Positions 57,056 through 64,000 of a stretch of DNA of 64,000 nucleotides are shown here, piece after piece. This DNA comes from Nitrospira sp. SB0677_bin_15 (GTDB taxonomy: Bacteria; Nitrospirota; Nitrospiria; Nitrospirales; UBA8639), in assembly GCA_009842645.1 (NCBI GenBank), contig VYFB01000068.1, forward strand, positions 10,904-74,903, read 5' to 3'. Positions within the stretch are counted from its first letter, which is position 1; each line of letters starts with the position of its first letter. Position numbers and translations under genes: made by a program. The notes beneath the pieces are model-generated. The model was not told where the DNA came from. It searched no databases and worked only from the letters and a program-made list of their open reading frames with translations.

Positions 57056-57799
57056 ATGAAATTTGTCTGCTTGAACTGCGAAACCTATATGAGTTTTGAA
57101 AAAGTGGAGAAACCCGCCGAAGGCTCGCTCGGAGTGTTTTTCGCCTGTCCTTCCTGCGAAGCGAAGGTATCCATGGTGACGAATCCTGGCGAAACCCAAA
57201 TGGTCAGTTCTCTGGGCGTCCAGCTTGGCGGGCGGACGGTGGACCCTTCTCCATTGGAAATGACACGGGGGACGTTGAAGGAAGACGCCGGGACTCCGGC
57301 CGCGTCGGGGTCCATGACGGACTATCTGAACGAAAAAATCCACGCCGGACAGAGCGCGAACCCCGCGCCCGGCGCGACCGCCAAAGAGGGCGAGTCCGGC
57401 GGCTGTCCGTTTTCCGCGATGGTCGCGCAGATGGGATTAACTGGCGGCGAGTCCTCCACCGGCACACAACCGGCAGCACTGCAATGGAGTCCCGACGCGC
57501 AGGAACGGTTGGACAAGCTGCCGTCGTTCGTGCAGCCGATGGTGAAGGGCAGCGTGGAAACGTACGCGCGGAAGCACGGCTATTCGACCGTGACGCTCCA
57601 AGTCATGGATGATTCCAAGAATTCATCGAACGGCTTGAGTTGGTCGCCGGAAGCCGAGCAGCGCCTGCGCAACATCCCGGATTTCATTCAACCCATGGCC
57701 CGCAAGGAAATCGAACGGCTGGCCCAGGAACGTGGCGAGACCACGGTCTCTGCCGAACTCATGGACGAAGCCAAGGAAAAGTTCATGAAGTTTATGTGA
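57056..57799 (+). CDS. Zinc-ribbon protein with two PCP-reductase-type (PF08369-like) repeats
   Basis: CLNCETY...CPSCEAK, then duplicated W(S)P(D/E)A(Q/E)(E/Q)RL..(L/I)P.F(V/I)QPM... helices. Confidence 0.6.
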   Translation: MKFVCLNCETYMSFEKVEKPAEGSLGVFFACPSCEAKVSMVTNPGETQMVSSLGVQLGGRTVDPSPLEMTRGTLKEDAGTPAASGSMTDYLNEKIHAGQSANPAPGATAKEGESGGCPFSAMVAQMGLTGGESSTGTQPAALQWSPDAQERLDKLPSFVQPMVKGSVETYARKHGYSTVTLQVMDDSKNSSNGLSWSPEAEQRLRNIPDFIQPMARKEIERLAQERGETTVSAELMDEAKEKFMKFM

Positions 57800-58084
57800 C
57801 GCAGAGTCTGGACCAAGGTGTACGGCAAGGTCGGGATCATCGCGGATACGCGCCTTCATGACCTCCGCCACGCGCACGCCTCGCACGCGGTGATGAGCAG
57901 CGAGAGTCTACACATCGCCGGGTGCTTACTCGGACATCGGCGCGCCAGCACCACCAACCGCTACGTCCATCTTGACGATGTGCCCCTGAGCGAGGCGGCT
58001 GAACGTGTGGCGGTGGTGATTGACGCAAAGTTGTCCCATAAGAACCAAAACGTTACTGAGAAAAATAATGAAGTTCGAACTTGA
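57800..58084 (+). pseudogene. 5'-truncated tyrosine recombinase (C-terminal ~90 codons only)
   Basis: ...RLHDLRHAHASHAV...LLGHRRASTTNRYVHL (HxxR, H and catalytic Y boxes). The reading frame opens directly after the preceding gene's TGA with no N-terminal or core-binding domains. Confidence 0.7.
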
Positions 58085-58763
58085 AACAACGCTGAGAGGC
58101 GCTACAAATCTTGAACTCCTCGAAGAACTTCGGCGCTGCGCAAGCGAGTTGGGGCGAGATACGATTACCCAAGCTGGGTTTGCCAAAATAGGCAAAGGGC
58201 ACCCAACAACGATCACTCGTAGATTTGGTTCGTGGCCGCAAGCACTTGATATGGCTGGTCTGCGGCCTAGCCGATCCAAAATAGGCATTTCTGACGATGA
58301 ACTCTTTGAGAACCTCAGAAACGTTTGGATGTTCTTGAAACGTCAACCACGGTATGGTGAGATTAGTAAACCGCCTTCTCAATTTAGCACCAGTCCATAC
58401 GAAAAGCGTTTTGGTGGGTGGACCAATGCGCTCAAAAAGTTTGTTGAATGGGTTAATGAGGAGGATGAATCGAAACATGTTCCGAAAGCACGTAAACACA
58501 TTGTTCCTGACAATCGACCATCAAGGGACCAATCATCTCGTAGAACGAAGCGCAATATATCAGAACGCCAAAGATTTCGGATTCTATTGAATGCGGGATT
58601 TCGTTGTCAGTCTTGCGGTGCATCTCCGTTGACTTCTTCCGGTACAGAGCTTCATGTAGACCACATAATGCCGTGGTCCAAAGGTGGAGAAACAATCGAC
58701 GATAACCTCACCTGCAAATGTAAACAATGTAACCTCGGGAAGGGGAATGCGTTTAAGTATTGA
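58068..58763 (+). CDS. HNH endonuclease with N-terminal homing-endonuclease-associated repeats
   Basis: Two ...FGSWPQAL / FGGWTNAL repeat units, then HVDHIMPWSKGGETIDDNLTCKCKQCNLGKGN. AT-rich. ATG 58068. Confidence 0.75.
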   Translation: MKFELETTLRGATNLELLEELRRCASELGRDTITQAGFAKIGKGHPTTITRRFGSWPQALDMAGLRPSRSKIGISDDELFENLRNVWMFLKRQPRYGEISKPPSQFSTSPYEKRFGGWTNALKKFVEWVNEEDESKHVPKARKHIVPDNRPSRDQSSRRTKRNISERQRFRILLNAGFRCQSCGASPLTSSGTELHVDHIMPWSKGGETIDDNLTCKCKQCNLGKGNAFKY

Positions 58764-58815
58764 AGTGTCACGCTTCTGCAATTGCTTGCGGAAGCGTGGA
58801 GCATGATTGAGAGCT

Positions 58816-59220
58816 TCACCCGAGGTGTCGATTGACGAATTCCCGTGGCGTTATGATCTGAACATTTTCATAGCCGGATATGGTCAGCAGATCGCTGTCA
58901 CCGCTGATAATTGTTTGCGTGGCGCTCGCTAAAGCGCAGGCAATGAACATATCGTCATCCGCGTCGTGTGAAGCTGGTTCGGGTAACGGCAACGGATCCA
59001 CAATGTGACAGTTTTGGACAATCAGAATAAGAATTTGAGTAATTTCGATATTCGGATATCGAAGGGAAAGTCGTTCGCAGACTTCAAAGTATTCCTCCAG
59101 AATCTCGTGTGAGACGACAAATACGAGTTGGCCGTGAAGCCATGCCTCCAGGATTCGCGCTGGCGGTCCGTCGAAGAAGATACCCGATATGAGAACGTTG
59201 GTATCTACGACGACTTTCAT
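58816..59220 (-). CDS. PIN-family toxin
   Basis: MKVVVDTNVLISG...; 134 aa. ATGA overlap with the upstream antitoxin. Confidence 0.75.
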   Translation of the reverse strand: MKVVVDTNVLISGIFFDGPPARILEAWLHGQLVFVVSHEILEEYFEVCERLSLRYPNIEITQILILIVQNCHIVDPLPLPEPASHDADDDMFIACALASATQTIISGDSDLLTISGYENVQIITPREFVNRHLG

Positions 59221-59480
59221 TTCCCGGAACGGACTTCCGAGATAACGGATTTGACTTCGGCCCGCTTCAAGCCGGCTTTTCTCGCCTGCTTTCTGGCGTT
59301 TGCTAGCAGGGTGGCAAATTCGCCCATTGAGGGTGGGGAGATGGCTTTCATGATGACCGTATCCTTGTTGGCGATCACCACGAATTGAGTCCCGGCCTCA
59401 AGCCCCAGGCGTTTTCGAATCTCTTCGGGAATGACAACCTGTCCCTTCGAAGACATCTTTGTCGTCGTCAGTTCTGCCAT
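59217..59480 (-). CDS. AbrB/MazE/SpoVT-family antitoxin
   Basis: SSKGQVVIPEEIRKRLGLEAGTQFVV swapped-hairpin motif. Confidence 0.75.
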   Translation of the reverse strand: MAELTTTKMSSKGQVVIPEEIRKRLGLEAGTQFVVIANKDTVIMKAISPPSMGEFATLLANARKQARKAGLKRAEVKSVISEVRSGK

Positions 59481-59597
59481 ATGGGTTCCCTCCTTTCTGC
59501 AATCTTACTGGTAAGATTATCGTACTCGCCCTTTCACCAGTTGTGCAACCATATTCTGGGTTGTTGAAAAAACATTGCTCCCTTTACCCAACTCCCT

Positions 59598-60227
59598 TTA
59601 CCCAAACACCTTCCAATTCGCATACGGCTTCAGGCGGTAAATCTCTTCCACGGGCGTCTTCAGCATGACGCCCCGTTGCTCCAGCAGGTCGGCGGTCTGC
59701 CGCAGGGGCAACCCGACGATGGTGGGATAATCTCCTTCAATTTTCTCGATGAACCGCGCCCCTTCCCCTTGAATTGAATAAGCTCCGGCTTTGCCTAAAC
59801 TTTCTTCAGTCTCCAGGTAGTGCCGGAGTTCCTGGTCTGTGAATGCCGTCATCCTGACCAGGGCGGTTTCGCCCCGGACGACGGTCACGGATACGGTCTC
59901 GTGAATGAGCGCGATGCCGGTGTGTACCTGGTGAGTGCGTCCCCGGAGTTGACAGAGCATGGTTTCGGCGTCGTCGAGGTCCTGCGGCTTGCCCACCAGT
60001 GTTCCATCGATCTCAATCACCGTGTCGCTCCCCAGTACCAGATTATCAGGGTGCCGGTGTGCGATAGAGCGGGCTTTGTCGAGCGCGAATTGTTTCGCTT
60101 GCTCACGAGGCGAAAGGCCGGGCGAAGGAATTTCCTCGACCGTGGGCGGGACGACCTCGAACGTGATACCGAGCAGGGTCAGCAGTTCGCGGCGGCGCGG
60201 AGAGGTGGAAGCCAGGATGACGGACAC
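59598..60227 (-). CDS. maf: Maf-like nucleoside triphosphate pyrophosphatase
   Basis: ILASTSPRRRELL, GSDTVI, GKAGAYSIQG. GTG start at 60225-60227. Confidence 0.85.
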   Translation of the reverse strand: MSVILASTSPRRRELLTLLGITFEVVPPTVEEIPSPGLSPREQAKQFALDKARSIAHRHPDNLVLGSDTVIEIDGTLVGKPQDLDDAETMLCQLRGRTHQVHTGIALIHETVSVTVVRGETALVRMTAFTDQELRHYLETEESLGKAGAYSIQGEGARFIEKIEGDYPTIVGLPLRQTADLLEQRGVMLKTPVEEIYRLKPYANWKVFG

Positions 60228-60242
60228 GGGGCTCGTAGCGGA

Positions 60243-61403
60243 TTACGCCGGTGCTGCGGTGAAGGCTTCGACGTCGGGTGCGACGTGCCGTGAGACGTAT
60301 TCGTGCAGCAATCGCTCAACGTCCTTAGAATTGTTGGTCTTGACCATATCGGCGCGCAGGGCGGCCGCATGTGGAAAGCCGCTGCAGTACCACCCCAGAT
60401 GTTTGCGCATACGCGGGAAACGGGGAGCGTCATGAAACCGTTCAAACGTGTGGGCATGCTTCAGGATCATGTCGAACCGGTCTTCACGGGAAACCGCAGG
60501 TTCGGGAACCGGACATTGGTGGTAGGGGCGGACCTGTGTGTCCGCCCTGGCCTGCACGGCTTCCCGGACCGCTTCTTTGCCGTGGAAGATCCACGGGTTG
60601 CCCAGAGCCGCCCGGCCGATAAGAATGCCGTCTACCCCGCTCGCAAGGATGCGGGCGATGGCTTCGTTCAAGGAGCCGATGTCGCCGTTACCCAACACGA
60701 GAATGCCTTGTTCGCGGATTTGAGCCGCAGCCTCGGCGATCGCGTCCCAATCCGCGTCGCCCCGGTACATTTGTTTCAACGTGCGACCGTGGATGGATAT
60801 GACCTGGGGCCGGCCTTGGGCGAGGCACGCGCTCCATTCCTTGATAATGACGGAGTCATACCCCAGGCGCGTCTTTACTGAAAGCGGAAGGGCGGAACGC
60901 GGGGTGGGCTGATGGTCCTGTGAGGCACGCGCCATGCGCACTTTTTCGACGATGCCGGGTTTGAGTCCGGCTTCGGCCAGGGTTTGCCCGTCTGCCCAAT
61001 CACGAAGCCCGCGTTCGGTCGCGGCCATGATGTCCAGCGCCAGTTCCGGCGTTTTGATGAGTCCGGCGCCGCACCCGGACGACGCCACGTTTTTCGACGG
61101 ACACCCCATGTTGATATCCAGGCCGTCGAACCCGAGTTCGCTCACCACGTGGGCGGCCTGGTAAAACAACAGCGGCTCTTTGCCGTACAACTGGGCCACG
61201 ATCGGGCGTTGCCCGTCGGTGTACCGTAACGGCTCCCAGCCCATAACCCGGCCCTGGCAAATATCGTGGACGTTGGTGAATTCGGTAAAGATCACGTCCG
61301 GCCTCCCGTAGGTGGCGACAACGTGGCGGAACGCAATATCAGTGACCCCGTCCATGGGAGCCAACCCGATGATGGGACGCGGAAGATGATGCCAGAAGCT
61401 CAT
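60243..61403 (-). CDS. dus: tRNA-dihydrouridine synthase (DusB/C-like, not DusA-like)
   Basis: IGLAPMDGVTDIAFR, DINMGCP, HGRT. Start at ATG 61401-61403 (MSFWHH), supported by the relic copy that begins MNFWHQ. Confidence 0.85.
   Translation of the reverse strand: MSFWHHLPRPIIGLAPMDGVTDIAFRHVVATYGRPDVIFTEFTNVHDICQGRVMGWEPLRYTDGQRPIVAQLYGKEPLLFYQAAHVVSELGFDGLDINMGCPSKNVASSGCGAGLIKTPELALDIMAATERGLRDWADGQTLAEAGLKPGIVEKVRMARASQDHQPTPRSALPLSVKTRLGYDSVIIKEWSACLAQGRPQVISIHGRTLKQMYRGDADWDAIAEAAAQIREQGILVLGNGDIGSLNEAIARILASGVDGILIGRAALGNPWIFHGKEAVREAVQARADTQVRPYHQCPVPEPAVSREDRFDMILKHAHTFERFHDAPRFPRMRKHLGWYCSGFPHAAALRADMVKTNNSKDVERLLHEYVSRHVAPDVEAFTAAPA
60523..60547. repeat. Family G GC-hairpin (copy G3) lying in frame inside the dus CDS
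   Basis: taggggcggacctgtgtgtccgccc, translated on the minus strand as ...ARADTQVRPYH... Confidence 0.7.
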
Positions 61404-61408
61404 GGTTG

Positions 61409-61711
61409 TCATGAGTTCTCAAATTTTGAAACAACATCCATATTTTTATGAAGAATTCTGACGATTTCAATAAAACTTTCCGTGCCGTTTCGGTAAAAAA
61501 TAATATGGCTTGCGTGAGGAAATTTTTGGTAGCCAATTTTTATAGAATCGCAGGCTTTGCTCATTGACGGGGTGTTGGCGAGCAAATGGAAAACATCATC
61601 AAAATGCTTAAGGTAGATATTGCGCTGGTTGCGTCCCCACTGCTTTTCGGTAAATCTCGCAATCGCTTTCAGGTCAGCCTTTGCCGCATTGGTGAGCACA
61701 AACGGCTTCAT
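61409..61711 (-). CDS. parE: ParE/RelE-family toxin
   Basis: 100 aa. ...AKADLKAIARFTEKQWG...HIIFYR...IEIVRILH. ATGA overlap with parD. The stop lies 5 nt from the dus ATG. Confidence 0.75.
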   Translation of the reverse strand: MKPFVLTNAAKADLKAIARFTEKQWGRNQRNIYLKHFDDVFHLLANTPSMSKACDSIKIGYQKFPHASHIIFYRNGTESFIEIVRILHKNMDVVSKFENS

Positions 61712-61950
61712 TGACGAGTTTCTTCATCCAGTTCAACTATCAATGTCTCATAGCTGTAGTCAGAAATACCGCTTTGTTCTCCGTCTTCCAGCGCGCGGCG
61801 CAGGGTTCCAAGCCTGTTCTCGGAGTTCTCAAGCAATCGGAGAGCGGCTCGCACCACTTCGCTGGCCGAGCCATAACGGCCACTTTCAATCTGGTGAGCA
61901 ATGAATCCATCAAAATGTTCGCCGAGCGTAATGCTGGTATTTTTCGCCAT
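61708..61950 (-). CDS. parD: ParD-family RHH antitoxin
   Basis: MAKNTSITLGEHFDGFI...GRYGSASEVVRAALRLLE. ATG at 61948-61950. Confidence 0.75.
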   Translation of the reverse strand: MAKNTSITLGEHFDGFIAHQIESGRYGSASEVVRAALRLLENSENRLGTLRRALEDGEQSGISDYSYETLIVELDEETRQ

Positions 61951-62067
61951 ATCCCGATCCTTAATACCGATATGTACCAAATTTTGGTATAAAACTCATA
62001 ACAAGTCAATCAACTACGCGCCTCCGGTCGTAACAAAACGGCCCTGGTTATTGAGGCTTGGCAACAT

Positions 62068-62122
62068 GCATGGGAGCCAACCCGATGATGGGCCGCGGAA
62101 GCTGATGCCAGAAGTTCATGGC
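62068..62122 (-). other. Relic copy 1 of the dus 5' end (start codon plus ~17 codons)
   Basis: Reads MNFWHQLPRPIIGLAPMH, against dus MSFWHHLPRPIIGLAPMD. Roughly 90% nucleotide identity to 61350-61406 by eye. Confidence 0.75.
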
Positions 62123-62158
62123 CGATCAGGATATCTTCTTATCTGCCGACAATCTTGA

Positions 62159-62545
62159 TCATGCCGGCTCGACATCAGTGTGGGTGAAATCCTCGCCTTT
62201 GAACAGAAGCGGTTCTCCTGTCGTTTTTGCGAGAGCGTAGGCAAAACAGTCGCCGAAATTCAACGCTGCCCGGTGGTTCCCCTTGCCGAAACGCCGCCAA
62301 GCGAGGCGGGCGGCGTTGACATGTTCAGACGTGACAGGAACCAACTCGACCTCCGCTTTCTCCAATAGCACATCCAGCTCATGTCCTGCCTTGGCTCCAC
62401 TCCGGCTTTCGACAACCATTGCCGCCTCAAGCAACGCGATCGCCGACATGCGACGGGGCCATGCCGCGACTATCGCATCTTCATAACGCCCCGCGTCTGG
62501 TTCGTCGAGCAGGATGGCAAGGAGGGCCGATGTATCGATAATCAT
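62159..62545 (-). CDS. vapC: VapC PIN-domain toxin
   Basis: MIIDTSALLAILLDEPD..., ...NFGDCFAYALA. Confidence 0.82.
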   Translation of the reverse strand: MIIDTSALLAILLDEPDAGRYEDAIVAAWPRRMSAIALLEAAMVVESRSGAKAGHELDVLLEKAEVELVPVTSEHVNAARLAWRRFGKGNHRAALNFGDCFAYALAKTTGEPLLFKGEDFTHTDVEPA

Positions 62546-62799
62546 TTGGGTAAGCCGTGCTCATCGTAGAGCAAGTCGCCATGCTCGATGGCCGAGGGTC
62601 CCGGCTTCATGAGCTTGGCACAACGCTTGGCTATGGCACGCAACTCCCCAGCCAGGGCTTCCGCGCTACGTTCACGCTTCTCGCGCTCCAGGCGTTCGCG
62701 CAACGCCACGGTAATCGCGCCGGTCATGGTCTCGCCGGTCAATTTAGCTAGCTCACCAGCGAGCCTGCAGGTTTCGTCGTTTTTGATGTTCAGGCCCAT
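62542..62799 (-). CDS. vapB: VapB-family antitoxin
   Basis: 85 aa. MGLNIKNDETCRLAGELAKLTGETMTGAITVALRERL. ATGA overlap with vapC. Confidence 0.7.
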   Translation of the reverse strand: MGLNIKNDETCRLAGELAKLTGETMTGAITVALRERLEREKRERSAEALAGELRAIAKRCAKLMKPGPSAIEHGDLLYDEHGLPK

Positions 62800-62911
62800 C
62801 CCGTTTCCAATGGTAGAAAAAATATTTGCCTTCTACCCTACGCGATGCCGCGATCATATGCAACACGGTGACTCTCTTTCTTCACCAGAGGGGCGTACTA
62901 AATTGGAAAGG

Positions 62912-62996
62912 GAGGTGGCGATGACGTGGTAGAACGCAATATCGGCAACCCCGTCTATGGGAGCCAATCCGATGATGGGCTGTGGAGGAGGGTGAT
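62912..62996 (-). other. Relic copy 2 of the dus 5' end (codons ~4-30, no start codon)
   Basis: Reads ...PQPIIGLAPIDGVADIAFYHVIAT, against dus ...PRPIIGLAPMDGVTDIAFRHVVAT. Corresponds to 61309-61393. Confidence 0.7.
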
Positions 62997-63005
62997 GCTA
63001 AAAAC

Positions 63006-64000
63006 TTATACGTGTTCCAGTTTCTTTATCAGGTAAGGAAGCACGCACACATCATCTTTGTTGTATTCGAAAACTCTTGAATCGATTTTTCTCTTCTCCT
63101 TGATGTGCAACAAGTATGCCGAAGCCACATAGAGGCCTCCCATGTCTGGATGCTTAAACTCATAGCCTAAGTGCTTGCCAAGATCTTTTAGGGCATATTT
63201 CTGTATGGGAAAGATGAAGCTATTCCTTATGGATTTACACAGATCAATGTGGGGAATGGAGGAAAAATTTTTACAATCAAGACCATTCCTTTTCAAAGCA
63301 TTACAAACCACACTCCAATCAAAATTGGTTCCAGAATAGCTCACAAGAGTTACCCCGGATTTTTTACCTAGAAATTCAAGAAATGCCTTTAGCATAATTT
63401 TTTCCTGTTTCCAGTCTTTTGCAAAGAACTGTTCAAATTTTTCGTCATGTAAAATCCCGATAAGCCAAATTCTCCGCTGGTTCAGATCGGTTTCAATGTC
63501 AAAGAACATCAAGTTGTTTTGGGGCAGGTTAGTCTCCGAACTCCGCAAGATCCTGTTTTCCATTACCGAGATTGCATTTAGTTTTGCTTTCTCAACGAAA
63601 TTTTTTGGAAGGTTAGTTTTTTGGGAGATCCGTTCCAGATTCTTTGCTTTTGCCATCTGCGGAATAGTTTTGATTCCAGCCTGTTCGAACCGAAACGCCC
63701 TTTTCTGTTTGATTCCGTGAAGTCGTTCCAGAGAATTCGGGTCGATAAGTTGACGTGTGTCGGACCATCGTATGTGCGGAGGAAACTCTGATTCAAATTC
63801 AATCAGTGCCAGATTTCCGGGTGCTCTGTCATGGTCATGTGACGAGACATTTGCAATCAAGGTTTCGCCGAATTGCTTTGAATGCCGTCCCCCTAAATGG
63901 CAATGACCGCATACGACTAGTTCTACAAGATTCTTTTGGATAAATCTTGTCAGAGCTTTTGAGCCTATGCGATGAATTCCCTCTTGTTCGGAAGCAAATC
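63006..64000 (-). CDS. Metallophosphoesterase fused to RNase H-like (YprB-type) exonuclease domain; partial, runs off right edge
   Basis: The frame stays open upstream of the track's TTG start: ...EGIHRIGSKALTRFIQKNLVELVVCGHCHLGGRH... (GHxH phosphoesterase motif). It continues into FFDIETD...SYSGTNFDW...YNKDDV. Strongly AT-rich. Confidence 0.6.
   Translation of the reverse strand, partial: FASEQEGIHRIGSKALTRFIQKNLVELVVCGHCHLGGRHSKQFGETLIANVSSHDHDRAPGNLALIEFESEFPPHIRWSDTRQLIDPNSLERLHGIKQKRAFRFEQAGIKTIPQMAKAKNLERISQKTNLPKNFVEKAKLNAISVMENRILRSSETNLPQNNLMFFDIETDLNQRRIWLIGILHDEKFEQFFAKDWKQEKIMLKAFLEFLGKKSGVTLVSYSGTNFDWSVVCNALKRNGLDCKNFSSIPHIDLCKSIRNSFIFPIQKYALKDLGKHLGYEFKHPDMGGLYVASAYLLHIKEKRKIDSRVFEYNKDDVCVLPYLIKKLEHV

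Noticed and set aside
60243-61403. Calling the dus gene dusA and the relics canonical DusA-integrase att sites.
   Set aside because: The N-terminus (GLAPMDGVTDIAFR) looks DusB/C-like rather than DusA-like, and no integrase is adjacent. The DusA precedent is therefore used only as an analogy.

Overview
High-GC bacterial chromosome segment. GC was judged by eye and the taxon could not be verified without a search. All family calls come from motif recognition in the supplied translations; no BLAST or HMM search was run. Start codons were re-checked against the nucleotide sequence where stated.

Housekeeping backbone: larB, gpsA, apaH, purM, tRNA-Gln, hemL, a minus-strand block dapB-dapA-lysA-(B12 radical SAM)-lipoprotein-argH-argG-argF-argD, gpmA, mrp/apbC, maf and dus.

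The backbone is interrupted by visibly AT-richer accessory patches:
1. A Type I R-M operon (DUF5131-hsdR-hsdS-hsdM, 3.4-10.0 kb) next to an AAA/DUF4143 ATPase.
2. A ~13 kb island between hemL and dapB, built on a Type III-like mod/res pair. The two genes are pushed 5.1 kb apart by stacked cargo modules: ORF308+PIN (upstream of mod), TIR-like+NTase, DUF2235+NTase (both decayed), and an ABC-type ATPase plus a PD-(D/E)xK-like partner carrying an in-frame TAA. Each module is preceded by a diverged copy of the last ~26 codons of mod.
3. A second, frameshifted copy of the ATPase+small-partner pair (48-49.7 kb), bracketed by inverted short repeats.
4. A 5'-truncated integrase remnant with an HNH endonuclease and a PIN/AbrB pair (57.8-59.5 kb).
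5. parDE and vapBC cassettes upstream of dus, each bounded by a relic copy of the dus 5' end, followed by an AT-rich metallophosphoesterase/RNase H-like gene that runs off the right edge.

Other points:
- An orphan CARF (TIGR02710-like) gene with an apparently degenerate HEPN motif sits next to a thioesterase gene. There is no CRISPR array.
- At least six families of short interspersed repeats or hairpins are present. Several create false N-terminal ORF extensions, and two sit in frame inside coding sequences.
- The strongest candidate for something undescribed is the mod-end-marked cargo stack, together with its effector/NTase and ATPase/nuclease-like gene pairs.
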